A DNA stretch of 60,103 nucleotides, counting the filler. It is 8 parts of 8 records of this genome, joined end to end, with 100 filler letters (N's around TTAATTAATTAA, not from the genome) between each part and the next. Parts side by side here need not be neighbours in the genome. Positions count along the whole stretch, not along the records: positions 37,548 to 44,604 come from SRR31147125_16298; positions 44,705 to 52,174 come from SRR31147125_16319; 6 more parts are not named here. One strand, given 5' to 3'. Position 1 is the first letter of the stretch. Each line of letters opens with the position of its first letter. Shown here one piece after another: positions 40,816-50,722 of the stretch. The position numbers and the translations under genes are program-made. The notes below the pieces were generated by a model, which saw only the letters and a list, made by a program, of their open reading frames with translations, ran no database searches and was not told the DNA's origin.

Positions 40816-42496
40816 ATGAGACTAACATCTTTATTCTTGATAATAGCAATTGGAATATTAATGAATAGCTGTAAAGACTATGCAAATCAGGTAGTTTTTC
40901 GCTATGTAGATCCATTAAAAAAAGTATTCCCCGAATCTTCCTACTTCCCCGAAACTACAGCTCATGCCGATGTGGCCCGTGGCGAACATGCCACTTTCCA
41001 GTTTGCTGTTCGCTCCGGAATGGCGTTAAAAGATTTACAAATTCAGGTGAATGTTCCTTCGCTCGATGGAAATGTGCTGGGAGAAGTGAAAACAGGTTTT
41101 GTAGACTATGTTCCGGTCGACCGACCGGTTCCAAATCCCGGCCGCGACTATTTAAAAACAGCTTCAGGGTATTATCCCGATCCGATTTTAGATGATACTT
41201 CTATTGATGTTCCGCCGGCAATGACTCAACCGGTTTGGATTACCATTGAAATACCCAAAGATGCAGCTGTTGGAACTTATACCGGCGAAGCTCTTTTAAC
41301 GGCAGAAATAAATGGCCAAAAAGTAAAACTTTCAAAAGGCATCAGCATCGAAGTGTTTTTTCCGGTAATCGATAAAACAAGCTTGTTGGTAACCAACTGG
41401 TTTAGTTTCGAGCGTTTAGACTTACTGAACAAAGACAAAAAGCTGGAAAAATATTCAGATGACTATTGGAAATACGCCAAAATCATGGCCGATATTATGG
41501 CCGAATATCGTCAGAATGTAGTGCTTCTCCGACCGCTTGACTTAACCGAGTACAAAAAAGAAAAAGATACTCAACTTCGATTTTTCCAATTTCAACAAAA
41601 TGGTGAAATTAATGATTGATGCCGGATGCTGCGAGTACATAGAGGGAGGACATATTGGTGGTAGATTACCACAAAACTGGGGAGGCCCGTTTATAGTTAA
41701 AGTACCCGAAAATGTGGATGGCAAATGGGAAATGAAAGACTTCAATGTTAATGAAACAGAAGCACAAAATTTTTACAAGCAGTTTTTTCCTGCTTTGGTT
41801 GAAAACCTGAAAGAAAACGGCTGGCTCGATATTTACTGGCAACACATTGCCGACGAACCCATTGAATCGAATAAAAAATCGTACGCCGAAATATCAGATT
41901 TTGTTAGAAAACTTATTCCAAATATTAAAATTATTGAAGCCTGCCATTCAAGCGATCTAGATGGCTCGATTGATATTTGGGTGCCTCAGTTAAATTTTCT
42001 GAAAGATGATTTCGAATTCTATAAAAAGCAGCAGGAAAAAGGCAAGGAAGTTTGGTACTACACTTGTTTGGGGCCTCAGGAAAATTTTGCCAACCGTTTT
42101 ATCGAGCAGCCATTAATTAAAACCCGAATATTACATTGGATTAATTACCGCTATGGAATTACCGGTTATTTACATTGGGGATTAAACCATTGGCGTTCTA
42201 ATCATAACAATCCCTACACTATGACTACCGATATGAATTATGCCGGAAATACACTTCCCGGAGGCGATATGAATGTAGTTTATCCGAAAGAAAATAAGTT
42301 GCTACCTTGTATTCGATTAGAAGCCATGCGCGATGGAATTGTAGATTACGAACTGCTAAAAATGCTGGAAGAGAAGAATCCTGAAAAGGCAAAAGAAATT
42401 TCACGGAAGATTGTATTTAACTTCGACCATTACGATTTGAATGTGCTGGCTTTCAGAAAGATTCGAAAAGAAATATTAACAGAGCTTTCAAATTAA
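40816..42496 (+). CDS. GH123-like / DUF4091 glycoside hydrolase lipoprotein, frameshift near 41570
   Basis: ARGEHATFQ, YPDPIL, HIADEP, VWYYTC, GYLHWG, RLEAMRDGIVDYE. Confidence 0.8.
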
Positions 42497-42520
42497 TTAA
42501 GCTCTGTATACAACAATAAA

Positions 42521-43342
42521 ATGAATCAAATTTTTAAAATTTTAGCGATAATCCTGTTTATAATTGGCTATACAATACCAGTTTCAGCGCAAGATAAAAA
42601 CAAGACAGATTCATCTCGCTGTGTGAAAGTAATGACCTTTAATATTTACCACGGCGAAAAATATTACCGCGATCAGAACAAACCTTTCGAAAATAATTTA
42701 GACGTAGTAGCCAGAATTTTAAACGAATACAAACCCGATTTGGTGGGAATGCAAGAGGTTGATTTTAAAACCAACCGCGCACGCGGTCTCGATCTTATGA
42801 CGGAGTGGGGCGTGAGAACGGGCATGGCTCCGCTGTTTGGAAAAGCTATGAAATACGATGGTGGTGAATACGGAGAGGGCGTACTATCGAGTTTTTCGTT
42901 TGCAAAAACACAAAACTATCCGCTTTTTGCAAGCGAGGGCAAAGAACCGCGTGCAGCACTGTGTGTATACGTAGAATTGCCCTGCGGCGAAACAATTCGC
43001 TTTATCGGGACACATTTAGATCATACTTCGGATGAAGAACGGCTGGTGCAGGCAAAACAATTAAACGAGATTTTTGCCGGAAATATCCCATCAATTTTAG
43101 TAGGCGATTTAAATTCTTTGCCCGAAAGTGAAACAATGCAAACGTTATTTAAGGTTTGGAGTCAATCGTCAGCAGATAATGCTCCCACAATTCCGGCAAC
43201 AAATCCTAAGCATAAAATCGATTACATTTTGTTCGCTCCCGAAAACCGCTGGCGGGTAATCGAAAACATGGTAATTGATGAAAGGGTGGCATCGGATCAT
43301 AATCCCGTGTTTACAGTTTTCGAACTTCTGCCTAAAAAATAA
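42521..43342 (+). CDS. Endonuclease/exonuclease/phosphatase family protein, secreted
   Basis: VMTFNI, GMQEVD, GTHLD, GDLN, IDYI, SDHNPV. Confidence 0.9.
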   Translation: MNQIFKILAIILFIIGYTIPVSAQDKNKTDSSRCVKVMTFNIYHGEKYYRDQNKPFENNLDVVARILNEYKPDLVGMQEVDFKTNRARGLDLMTEWGVRTGMAPLFGKAMKYDGGEYGEGVLSSFSFAKTQNYPLFASEGKEPRAALCVYVELPCGETIRFIGTHLDHTSDEERLVQAKQLNEIFAGNIPSILVGDLNSLPESETMQTLFKVWSQSSADNAPTIPATNPKHKIDYILFAPENRWRVIENMVIDERVASDHNPVFTVFELLPKK

Positions 43343-43363
43343 ATAATCAAAATTGTTTTTAAT

Positions 43364-44604
43364 ATGAATAAGTTCAATTCTATTTTATCATTTTGCATCG
43401 CTCTGTTTCTGTTGTCGTCGTGTGCCGATGGATTAAAAACACAACCTCAGGGAATTCGTTTCGACGAGCCGGAAGCGCCTCAATCTGTAGCACCAGTTCA
43501 AGATTGGAACGCGCTAGAAGAAGGAATAAATGTTTCGTGGGCAAGCAGCAACCAACGCTACCACAAAGAATACATTCCCAAAATTGAGGCAAGCGATAGT
43601 CGTACTGTCACTGGTTGGCTAAACGAACGTTTAAATGCTCAATTGGTAGTGTGGAGTAAAGATTCGCTGGTAGATTTGCACGTTCAGGTTTCTGATTTAA
43701 AATCGAAAAATGGCACAATTACTGCCGGTGCAGTTAAGTCGTTTTTTGTTCGGAATGTGCTTGCTGACGAGTTTTTAGGAGGTTGTGGCTACAAAACAAA
43801 AAGTCAGGAAACAGCACATTTGGTTGCCGACTGTTTGGAAGAAGTGGAAGCCTACAATATGCGCGAAAAATCGGCACGTGGAATTTGGTTTACCATCGAT
43901 ATTCCCAAAGATGCCAAGCCGGGTAATTATTCGGCAGAGGTACTTGTAAAAGCCAAAGGCCAAAAGTCGAAGTTGTTGAATCTTGATATTCAGGTTTTAA
44001 ACCGCGTTTTGCCGGAGCCTAAAGACTGGAAATATCAACTTGACCTTTGGCAAAATCCCTATGCTTCGGCACGTGTTCATAATACAGAACTTTGGTCGGA
44101 GAGGCATTTTGGAGTAATGACTCCGCCGTTTGAAATGCTGGCAAATGCCGGGCAAAAATGTATAACGGCCAGCGTTGTTCATAAACCATGGGGCGGGCAG
44201 GCTTTCGACCAATACGAATCGATGGTGAAGCACACGCTTAAAAGAGATGGAAGTTGGGAATACGACTATACAATTTTCGATAAATGGGTAAATTATATGA
44301 TGGATCTGGGAATTACCAAGCAAATAAACTGTTATTCGTTAATTCCCTGGGGAAACCAGTTGTGGTATTTCAACGAATCGTTAGAGCGCGATACGTTTAT
44401 GGTGGCACGGGCATCGTCGGAAGAATTTGCAGAATACTGGACACCATTTTTAGGCGATTTTAAACAGCACTTACAAGAAAAAGATTGGTACGATATTGCC
44501 ACAATTGCAATGGATGAGCGACCACTGGAAGATATGCAAGCTGCCATTAAATTGATAAAAGAACACTCGGGAATGAAAATAACATCGGCTGCAAACTACG
44601 CCCC
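43364..44604 (+). CDS. GH123 beta-N-acetylgalactosaminidase-like lipoprotein (3' truncated)
   Basis: Lipobox SSC; LDLWQNPYA, AGQKCIT, YDYTIFDKWV, QINCYS, IAMDERP. Confidence 0.85.
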
Positions 44605-44704
44605 NNNNNNNNNNNNNNNNNNNNNNNNNNNNNNNNNNNNNNNNNNNNTTAATTAATTAANNNNNNNNNNNNNNNNNNNNNNNNNNNNNNNNNNNNNNNN
44701 NNNN

Positions 44705-44962
44705 ATTCATGCCAATTGTATAGATAAAGCAAAAAAATTTGAAAAGCGGCTACGCGAACATTTTCCGAATGCGACTTATTATTATGGGGAATTTGGTCCG
44801 GTTATCGGCACTTATGCAGGTCCCGGAGCAATTGTATTTGTTGGATTCTCAGAAGCGAAGTTACCTGCAGCACCTGAACCGGTCACAACTCTTGATAAGA
44901 TCATTGACCGTTTAGCTTTACCGTCAGGTGTTAACAAATTGCCGGCTTTGATCAAAAAGTAA
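44705..44962 (+). CDS. DegV/FakB fatty-acid-binding protein, C-terminal part
   Basis: IHANC...EFGPVIGTYAGPGAI. Confidence 0.75.
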   Translation: MHANCIDKAKKFEKRLREHFPNATYYYGEFGPVIGTYAGPGAIVFVGFSEAKLPAAPEPVTTLDKIIDRLALPSGVNKLPALIKK

Positions 44963-44977
44963 CACACAGGAGAAAAC

Positions 44978-45601
44978 ATGAACTTTACTAACATTATTAT
45001 CATGATACTCGCCTATCTGATCGGGTCTTTCCCGGCGGCCTGGGTCTTGGGGAAGATCTTCGGAGGCAGGAAGTATGATATTCGCCAACACGGAAGCGGA
45101 AATGTTGGGACGACAAACGTAATCCGTAATCTTGGATGGAAAGCCGGTTTGACCACTTTCATTCTGGATTCATTTAAGGGATTTGCCGTAACATTCTGGT
45201 TGCCAAGCTTGATGACAGAGGGCATGGAATTTGAAACGGCACGGGTTATTCTTGCGGCTATCGTATTATTGGGTCACACATACCCGGTTTATATTAATTT
45301 TCGCGGCGGAAAAGCCGTTGCTACCACAGCCGGTATTATGATGGCATTCAAGCCTGAGATCGGATTGATCTGTTTGGGTGTTTTTGCGCTTATAGTCCTA
45401 CTGACCAGACAATCAGGGATTGGATCTATTTCAGCTTCTTTTGCTTTTCCGATCACAAACGTGATCTTCAAATTCGTTTTTAATGCTGATATCTCTAATC
45501 AAATGCTATGGTTCAGCATTGCATTGCCTTTCTTCATCGTCTTTACACATCGCGAAAATATCGCAAAGATCATTCGCAAGGAAAATAAAAAGGACTTCTA
45601 A
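44978..45601 (+). CDS. plsY: Acyl-phosphate glycerol-3-phosphate acyltransferase
   Basis: YLIGSFP, GSGNVGTTN, FRGGKAVAT, HRENI. Confidence 0.95.
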   Translation: MNFTNIIIMILAYLIGSFPAAWVLGKIFGGRKYDIRQHGSGNVGTTNVIRNLGWKAGLTTFILDSFKGFAVTFWLPSLMTEGMEFETARVILAAIVLLGHTYPVYINFRGGKAVATTAGIMMAFKPEIGLICLGVFALIVLLTRQSGIGSISASFAFPITNVIFKFVFNADISNQMLWFSIALPFFIVFTHRENIAKIIRKENKKDF

Positions 45602-45996
45602 TGCTTCATGTTGTTGCCGGGATCATTGAATCTAATGGTAAGATATTGCTATGCCAACGACATCGCAATTCAAAACGCTTTCCTTTAAAATGGGAATTTC
45701 CCGGCGGTAAGGTTGAACAAAATGAAACACCGGAGCAAGCCATTGTCCGTGAACTGAATGAAGAATTGGGGATTATAGTCAGTGAGGTCGAAAAGCTTGA
45801 TGAATATGTATTTGAATATGAAGACGAAGATCCTTTTTACCTGCATTTTTTCAAGATCATCAATTTTGAGAATACTGTCCAAAACTTGCAATTTGAAGAC
45901 ATGACGTGGATCAGGTGGCAAAAGATATCCAATTATGATCTATTGGGTGGGGATAAACCATTTCTTGAGCACTGGGCACTGGGCGCCGAGCTCTGA
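45601..45996 (+). CDS. MutT-like NUDIX hydrolase
   Basis: WEFPGGKVEQNETPEQAIVRELNEELGI. Confidence 0.9.
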   Translation: MLHVVAGIIESNGKILLCQRHRNSKRFPLKWEFPGGKVEQNETPEQAIVRELNEELGIIVSEVEKLDEYVFEYEDEDPFYLHFFKIINFENTVQNLQFEDMTWIRWQKISNYDLLGGDKPFLEHWALGAEL

Positions 45997-46028
45997 GAAC
46001 AAAACTTTAAGATGTGTTGTTGTATTAA

Positions 46029-48437
46029 TTAATTTATTGGCTTCAACCGGCCCTTATAATACGAAATAAGCCTTACACCGGAGCTGGAGCGCGGTTTTTC
46101 AGGCGTAAACTCTATGCGACGGATAATACCATGTCGTCCGTCCATTGATTTTAATTTATCAGATATCTCACTTGAAGAATTTCCACCGTTTTCAATGATC
46201 TGCATAAGTAAGTTCATGCTCTCGTAACCATAGATATTAATACGGTTTGGTTGCTTGTCGGTTTTTTGTGTGAAATATTTCGAATAGCGTCTCAGTTCAA
46301 TTGCTTTGGAGTCCCAATAGTAATCACTGGCAATATACATGCTGTCAATATTGGATCTATATCGTTTAAGCAAACTTGTATTATACCAATTACCATCACC
46401 TAAAAGTTGTGCCGGGAATCTATGCTTTGCCCATTGTGGTGCAATATATTGGATATGATTCTGAGGTACGGGGAAGTAAACCGCGTCAATACCGAAATCT
46501 TCATATGGAAAAATATAGGGAAAAAGAACGCTGTCAGTTTCGTTCAGAAGCCATATGGCATCGATCGAATCCATGACCGCCAATGCCCCTTTCAGAGAAT
46601 CTACCAATTCATAATTGATATAGGGCTCCAGATCAACAGTATCCAGAACAAGCGGTGAAAAATAATAATCTCCCAGATATGCAGAATCAATTCTAATACT
46701 ATCCAATTCTTTCAGTAAATAATTGATCTGAACTTTCATGGGGTCTTCGATCTCATCAAGGAAAACACATATACTATCTGTTATCATGGTATTGTATTTT
46801 TCTTCAAGGGTGATCTCTGAAGACAGCCAATTCCTTGCCCGGCTTCGCAATCTTGAAAATAGTGTGTCGGTTGGTACGCGTGTTGAATCAAACCAATTTC
46901 CAAAAAGCAATACTTCGTATATTGCCGCATCGTCCGGCCACAATTCTTCAAGAATGAATGTCGTATCAGGTGCCGGCAGGGTATCTTCCAGTGTGATAGC
47001 ATAAAGAGAGTCTACAAAAAGGCTATCGAAAGCCAGAGAATCAAGGAATGTGCTATCAAGAACCACCATACCCAGACTATCAATTGTCAAGCTATCAACT
47101 TCTAATAAAGTGGTGTCTATCTCAAAATATCCCGTTTTTTTTGCTTCGAGGTAACCGTCCAGATAATTAAAATAGGGCGGCAAATATTCTGCGTCATCTT
47201 TCAACTCGGCCATCTTGTCGTTGATATTTGCCGGCGTACCGTTATACCATACATTGTAAACCACCTGGGCACCGTTTTCCTCAACACTCTTTGTAAAAGC
47301 ATTCGCTATCTCTATACCATACTGAGTTGTCGGTGCAACAATAGCAAAACGTTCATATGCCAATGAATCACTGGCAAAATCAGCCAGGGTCCTAGCGCGC
47401 TGTTGTTGCTCGGGATTCAGCTGAAATATTGAATTACCCATATCGATCAAATCGTCAGCCGTAGCAGTTGGGGCGATCAGGGGAACCCCTGCATACTCAC
47501 AAAGTGGTGCCATTGAAACGGCCATGTCACTGGTAAGAGGACCGATCACAGCAGAAATATTTTGCATATCCAGCAACTGTTTCAAATTGCTTAATCCACT
47601 TCGGACATTACTTTCCGTATCAACTATAATGATATTAACGCGTTTTTTGATTTGATTGCGTGACGATTCAAAAGCATATTTTATACCATCTAACAGTTGA
47701 TTTCCTGTATCGGAATAACGCCCGGTTAAAGGCAGAACAACGGCGATATTTATTTCCGGATCTTCGTTTTTCCTGCTTTTGTTTAAATATTTGTTCAGTT
47801 CTTTATATTTGTTTTCGTACGCTTTATTGTAAAGGTCATCTTTTACATCAGTTAAAAGATTTTCAGCTACTGTAAAATTTCCAAGAATGATATTGCGTTC
47901 TGCCCAGATCAATTTCAGATAAACCAAAGATTCTTCGCCAACAACTAATGAAGAAAGCATTTCCAATTCATTGGGCTTCATGTGGTAACGTGATACATCA
48001 GAAGTAAATGCTCTAATATCTTCTTTCAAGTCTTCATCATCCGTCATAGAGAGTACAGTGATCGACGATAACATGGCCGCAAAATACTGCTCTTTTTTTG
48101 CGAGGGCTTTACCGCGTTCAAACATCACGTCCGGCAGATAACGACTATTTTTGAAAGTCCTCTCGAATATGCGACTGTCTTTGATCACCTGATCATAATT
48201 ACCTAATTCAAAATCGCATTTTACGATCATGAATAATGAAATAGCTGAAAAGACATTTGATTCGAGTGGCTCTGAATCATAGACATAACGAAAAGTTTCC
48301 AATGCTTTTTCGTAGGCTCCGCGTTGGAATTGCTGTACACCCTGGTCTACTTCTGCGCGATCAGCGCCAGAAGCAAGAGCAAAGCAAGCTATCAGCAGAA
48401 CTGCAATATGTCTGAGTATTCCAAATCTATTTTTTAT
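46029..48437 (-). CDS. LppC/LpoA-like protein (TPR plus periplasmic binding fold) with a large Asp/Ser-rich insert
   Basis: INIAVVLPLTG, AVIGPLTS, VPLIAPTA, YGYE; the frame is open 45 codons upstream of the called TTG and encodes a signal peptide beginning at an ATA. Confidence 0.8.
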   Translation of the reverse strand: MKNRFGILRHIAVLLIACFALASGADRAEVDQGVQQFQRGAYEKALETFRYVYDSEPLESNVFSAISLFMIVKCDFELGNYDQVIKDSRIFERTFKNSRYLPDVMFERGKALAKKEQYFAAMLSSITVLSMTDDEDLKEDIRAFTSDVSRYHMKPNELEMLSSLVVGEESLVYLKLIWAERNIILGNFTVAENLLTDVKDDLYNKAYENKYKELNKYLNKSRKNEDPEINIAVVLPLTGRYSDTGNQLLDGIKYAFESSRNQIKKRVNIIIVDTESNVRSGLSNLKQLLDMQNISAVIGPLTSDMAVSMAPLCEYAGVPLIAPTATADDLIDMGNSIFQLNPEQQQRARTLADFASDSLAYERFAIVAPTTQYGIEIANAFTKSVEENGAQVVYNVWYNGTPANINDKMAELKDDAEYLPPYFNYLDGYLEAKKTGYFEIDTTLLEVDSLTIDSLGMVVLDSTFLDSLAFDSLFVDSLYAITLEDTLPAPDTTFILEELWPDDAAIYEVLLFGNWFDSTRVPTDTLFSRLRSRARNWLSSEITLEEKYNTMITDSICVFLDEIEDPMKVQINYLLKELDSIRIDSAYLGDYYFSPLVLDTVDLEPYINYELVDSLKGALAVMDSIDAIWLLNETDSVLFPYIFPYEDFGIDAVYFPVPQNHIQYIAPQWAKHRFPAQLLGDGNWYNTSLLKRYRSNIDSMYIASDYYWDSKAIELRRYSKYFTQKTDKQPNRINIYGYESMNLLMQIIENGGNSSSEISDKLKSMDGRHGIIRRIEFTPEKPRSSSGVRLISYYKGRLKPIN

Positions 48438-49191
48438 ATTCTATCCCGATATTTTTGATCTTTTCCATTTTATTAAAAGCCGTCAAATTGAATTGCACCG
48501 GCGTCACCGAAATATAATTGTTTTTTAGGGCAGTATCATCAATTGTTTCAGGTTCTTTCATCTCTCGTTTTTTACCCGTCATCCAATAGTAAGTGCGTCC
48601 TTTGGGGTCGATACGCTTGTCAAAATTTTCCTGCCAATGAGCCATGCCCTGCTCTGTTACGAGTACATCTTTGATCTCATCTTTATCAAATACATTTGGC
48701 ATATTCACATTTAACAGCACACCTTCGGGAAGTCCTTTATCCAAAACATTGATCACAAGATCGCGGACAAAAGGAAGTATCGGTTCCCAGTTAGGATCAG
48801 TGTAGGTATCCAAGCTTAATGCAACTCCTGGAATACCGTTGAATACAGCTTCCGCTGCTCCTCCAACTGTTCCGGAATAAATAACATTCAGTCCGGTATT
48901 GCAACCGAGATTAATACCCGATAAAACAAGATCGGGCGCTTCCGGCATGATTTCTGTCAGCGCAAGTTTTACACAATCTGCCGGCGTTCCCATAAGGGCG
49001 GTACCCTTAAAAACACCGGTATCCACTTGGCGGACAGGCAAAGGCTTATCTAATGTCAAAGCATGAGATACTGCTGAACGTTCACCATCAGGTGCTACGA
49101 CAGTTATATTGCCAAGATCTTTTACTGCTTCATATAGCTTGTTTATTCCGGGAGCTGAAATTCCGTCATCGTTTACCAATAGAATGTTCAC
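48427..49191 (-). CDS. surE: 5'/3'-nucleotidase SurE
   Basis: ILLVNDDGISAPG, GTPADCV, SGINLGCN, YSGTV. Confidence 0.96.
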   Translation of the reverse strand: MNILLVNDDGISAPGINKLYEAVKDLGNITVVAPDGERSAVSHALTLDKPLPVRQVDTGVFKGTALMGTPADCVKLALTEIMPEAPDLVLSGINLGCNTGLNVIYSGTVGGAAEAVFNGIPGVALSLDTYTDPNWEPILPFVRDLVINVLDKGLPEGVLLNVNMPNVFDKDEIKDVLVTEQGMAHWQENFDKRIDPKGRTYYWMTGKKREMKEPETIDDTALKNNYISVTPVQFNLTAFNKMEKIKNIGIEYKK

Positions 49192-49634
49192 TTCGTCTCC
49201 AATTTTTTCGTCAGGATCAAAGCATCCGCCTGATCTTTTTCATAATATTTTGCGCGGATACCCGTCTGTTCAAATCCGTTCTTTTTATAAAAGCTCTTAG
49301 CACTTTCGTTATGCTCATTTACTTCAAGTGTCATTAGACTCGATTTATGCTTTCCGGCAAAAGAGCTCAGTCGATCCAACAACTTCTGAGCAATGCCTTT
49401 ACGGCGTTTACTTTCCTTGACTGCAATATTATTAATATGCAATTCATCTGCGATCTTCCAGAAGCAAAGGTATCCCAGAATTTCATCATTTTCCACCACA
49501 ACCCAATCATTTGAGGTCTTGGTATAAATTTCAAAATAAAAGTGGGCTTCTGCCCAGGGTTCATTAAAGCTTGCTCTTTCGATCTTCATGACTTCCGATA
49601 CATCATCGGCTGTCATTTCCCGGATCTTGATCAT
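49188..49634 (-). CDS. rimI: Ribosomal protein S18 alanine N-acetyltransferase
   Basis: ELHINNIAV...RRKGIA, LEVNEHN, RAKYY; follows tsaB. Confidence 0.9.
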   Translation of the reverse strand: MIKIREMTADDVSEVMKIERASFNEPWAEAHFYFEIYTKTSNDWVVVENDEILGYLCFWKIADELHINNIAVKESKRRKGIAQKLLDRLSSFAGKHKSSLMTLEVNEHNESAKSFYKKNGFEQTGIRAKYYEKDQADALILTKKLETK

Positions 49635-50278
49635 GAACCCAGCTTCCACTCTTTTGGTTTATAATCCATGCCGTATTCCAACACCAAACTATCGTAATCG
49701 GTACTTGCGGTATCATTCATGTGGCGGACATAATAAGAGCCTATCATGGATGGCAGAATATCTTTTTCGATCACAGGAATGTCAGCGATCTCTTCAAGTG
49801 CCTCATTGCAGACGATCTGCTTGCAATGTGGATGCCATTCGGCAATATCCTTTATCTGGCCATAGCGGATAAGAATGTTGTCGATCGGATCACAGTATTC
49901 CGCAGTATAAATATAGTCTTTATGAGAACGAATGACCCAAAGAGGATCTTTTTCGCGATCAACCACACTAATTGTTCCGGCCATGAAAGCTTTCATAGTA
50001 TTCACACCGGCGAGTGGTATGCGATGAGGATAAACCAATCCTTTGGCAAAGCTCATGCCGATACGCAAGCCGGTAAATGAACCCGGACCCGCAGATACGA
50101 TGACAGCTTTGATCTTTGGTAAACGAATAGTTTGTTCTTCAAAAAGTTTATCAACCAATCCAACAAGTTTTTCTGCATGAACACGCGGTTCTTTTAAATA
50201 AGATTCCGCAATACATTCGCCATTTTCATGTAAAGCGGCTCCGCAAATAACGGAGGATGTTTCCATTGAGAGGATCAT
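49631..50278 (-). CDS. tsaB: TsaB
   Basis: MILSMETSS, GPGSFTGLRIG. Confidence 0.9.
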   Translation of the reverse strand: MILSMETSSVICGAALHENGECIAESYLKEPRVHAEKLVGLVDKLFEEQTIRLPKIKAVIVSAGPGSFTGLRIGMSFAKGLVYPHRIPLAGVNTMKAFMAGTISVVDREKDPLWVIRSHKDYIYTAEYCDPIDNILIRYGQIKDIAEWHPHCKQIVCNEALEEIADIPVIEKDILPSMIGSYYVRHMNDTASTDYDSLVLEYGMDYKPKEWKLGS

Positions 50279-50722
50279 TTATATCTCCATTCTCCGGGGG
50301 GATCGTATCTCAATCTCCCGAGTATTGTCATCAATATAACTCAAGTGTAGTTCAATACTGTCTTCAGGTACATGCACCCCGATCTGTTCAGGCCATTCTA
50401 TTAGAACAATACCGTCCATGACCAGGTATTCTTCAAAGCCCAGCATGATGATCTCGTCAGGGTGTTTGATACGATAACAATCAAAATGAAAGATCGGCAA
50501 ATCACCACTATATTCGTTGATCAGCGTAAAGGTCGGAGATGTTGCCGCTTGATCGGCATTAAGATATTCGCATACACCTTTTGTAAAGGTCGTCTTTCCC
50601 GCAGCCAAATCACCATAAAGTGTTATTACATCGTTCGCTTCAAGCTGCGAGGCAAATACCCGGCCGAAATCAACCGTTTCTTGTGGCGAATTTGTCTTTA
50701 TGGTGTAAATGTGTTTGTTCAT
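50279..50722 (-). CDS. tsaE: TsaE ATPase
   Basis: GDLAAGKTT, SPTFTLINEY, HFDCYR, IEWP. Confidence 0.95.
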   Translation of the reverse strand: MNKHIYTIKTNSPQETVDFGRVFASQLEANDVITLYGDLAAGKTTFTKGVCEYLNADQAATSPTFTLINEYSGDLPIFHFDCYRIKHPDEIIMLGFEEYLVMDGIVLIEWPEQIGVHVPEDSIELHLSYIDDNTREIEIRSPRRMEI

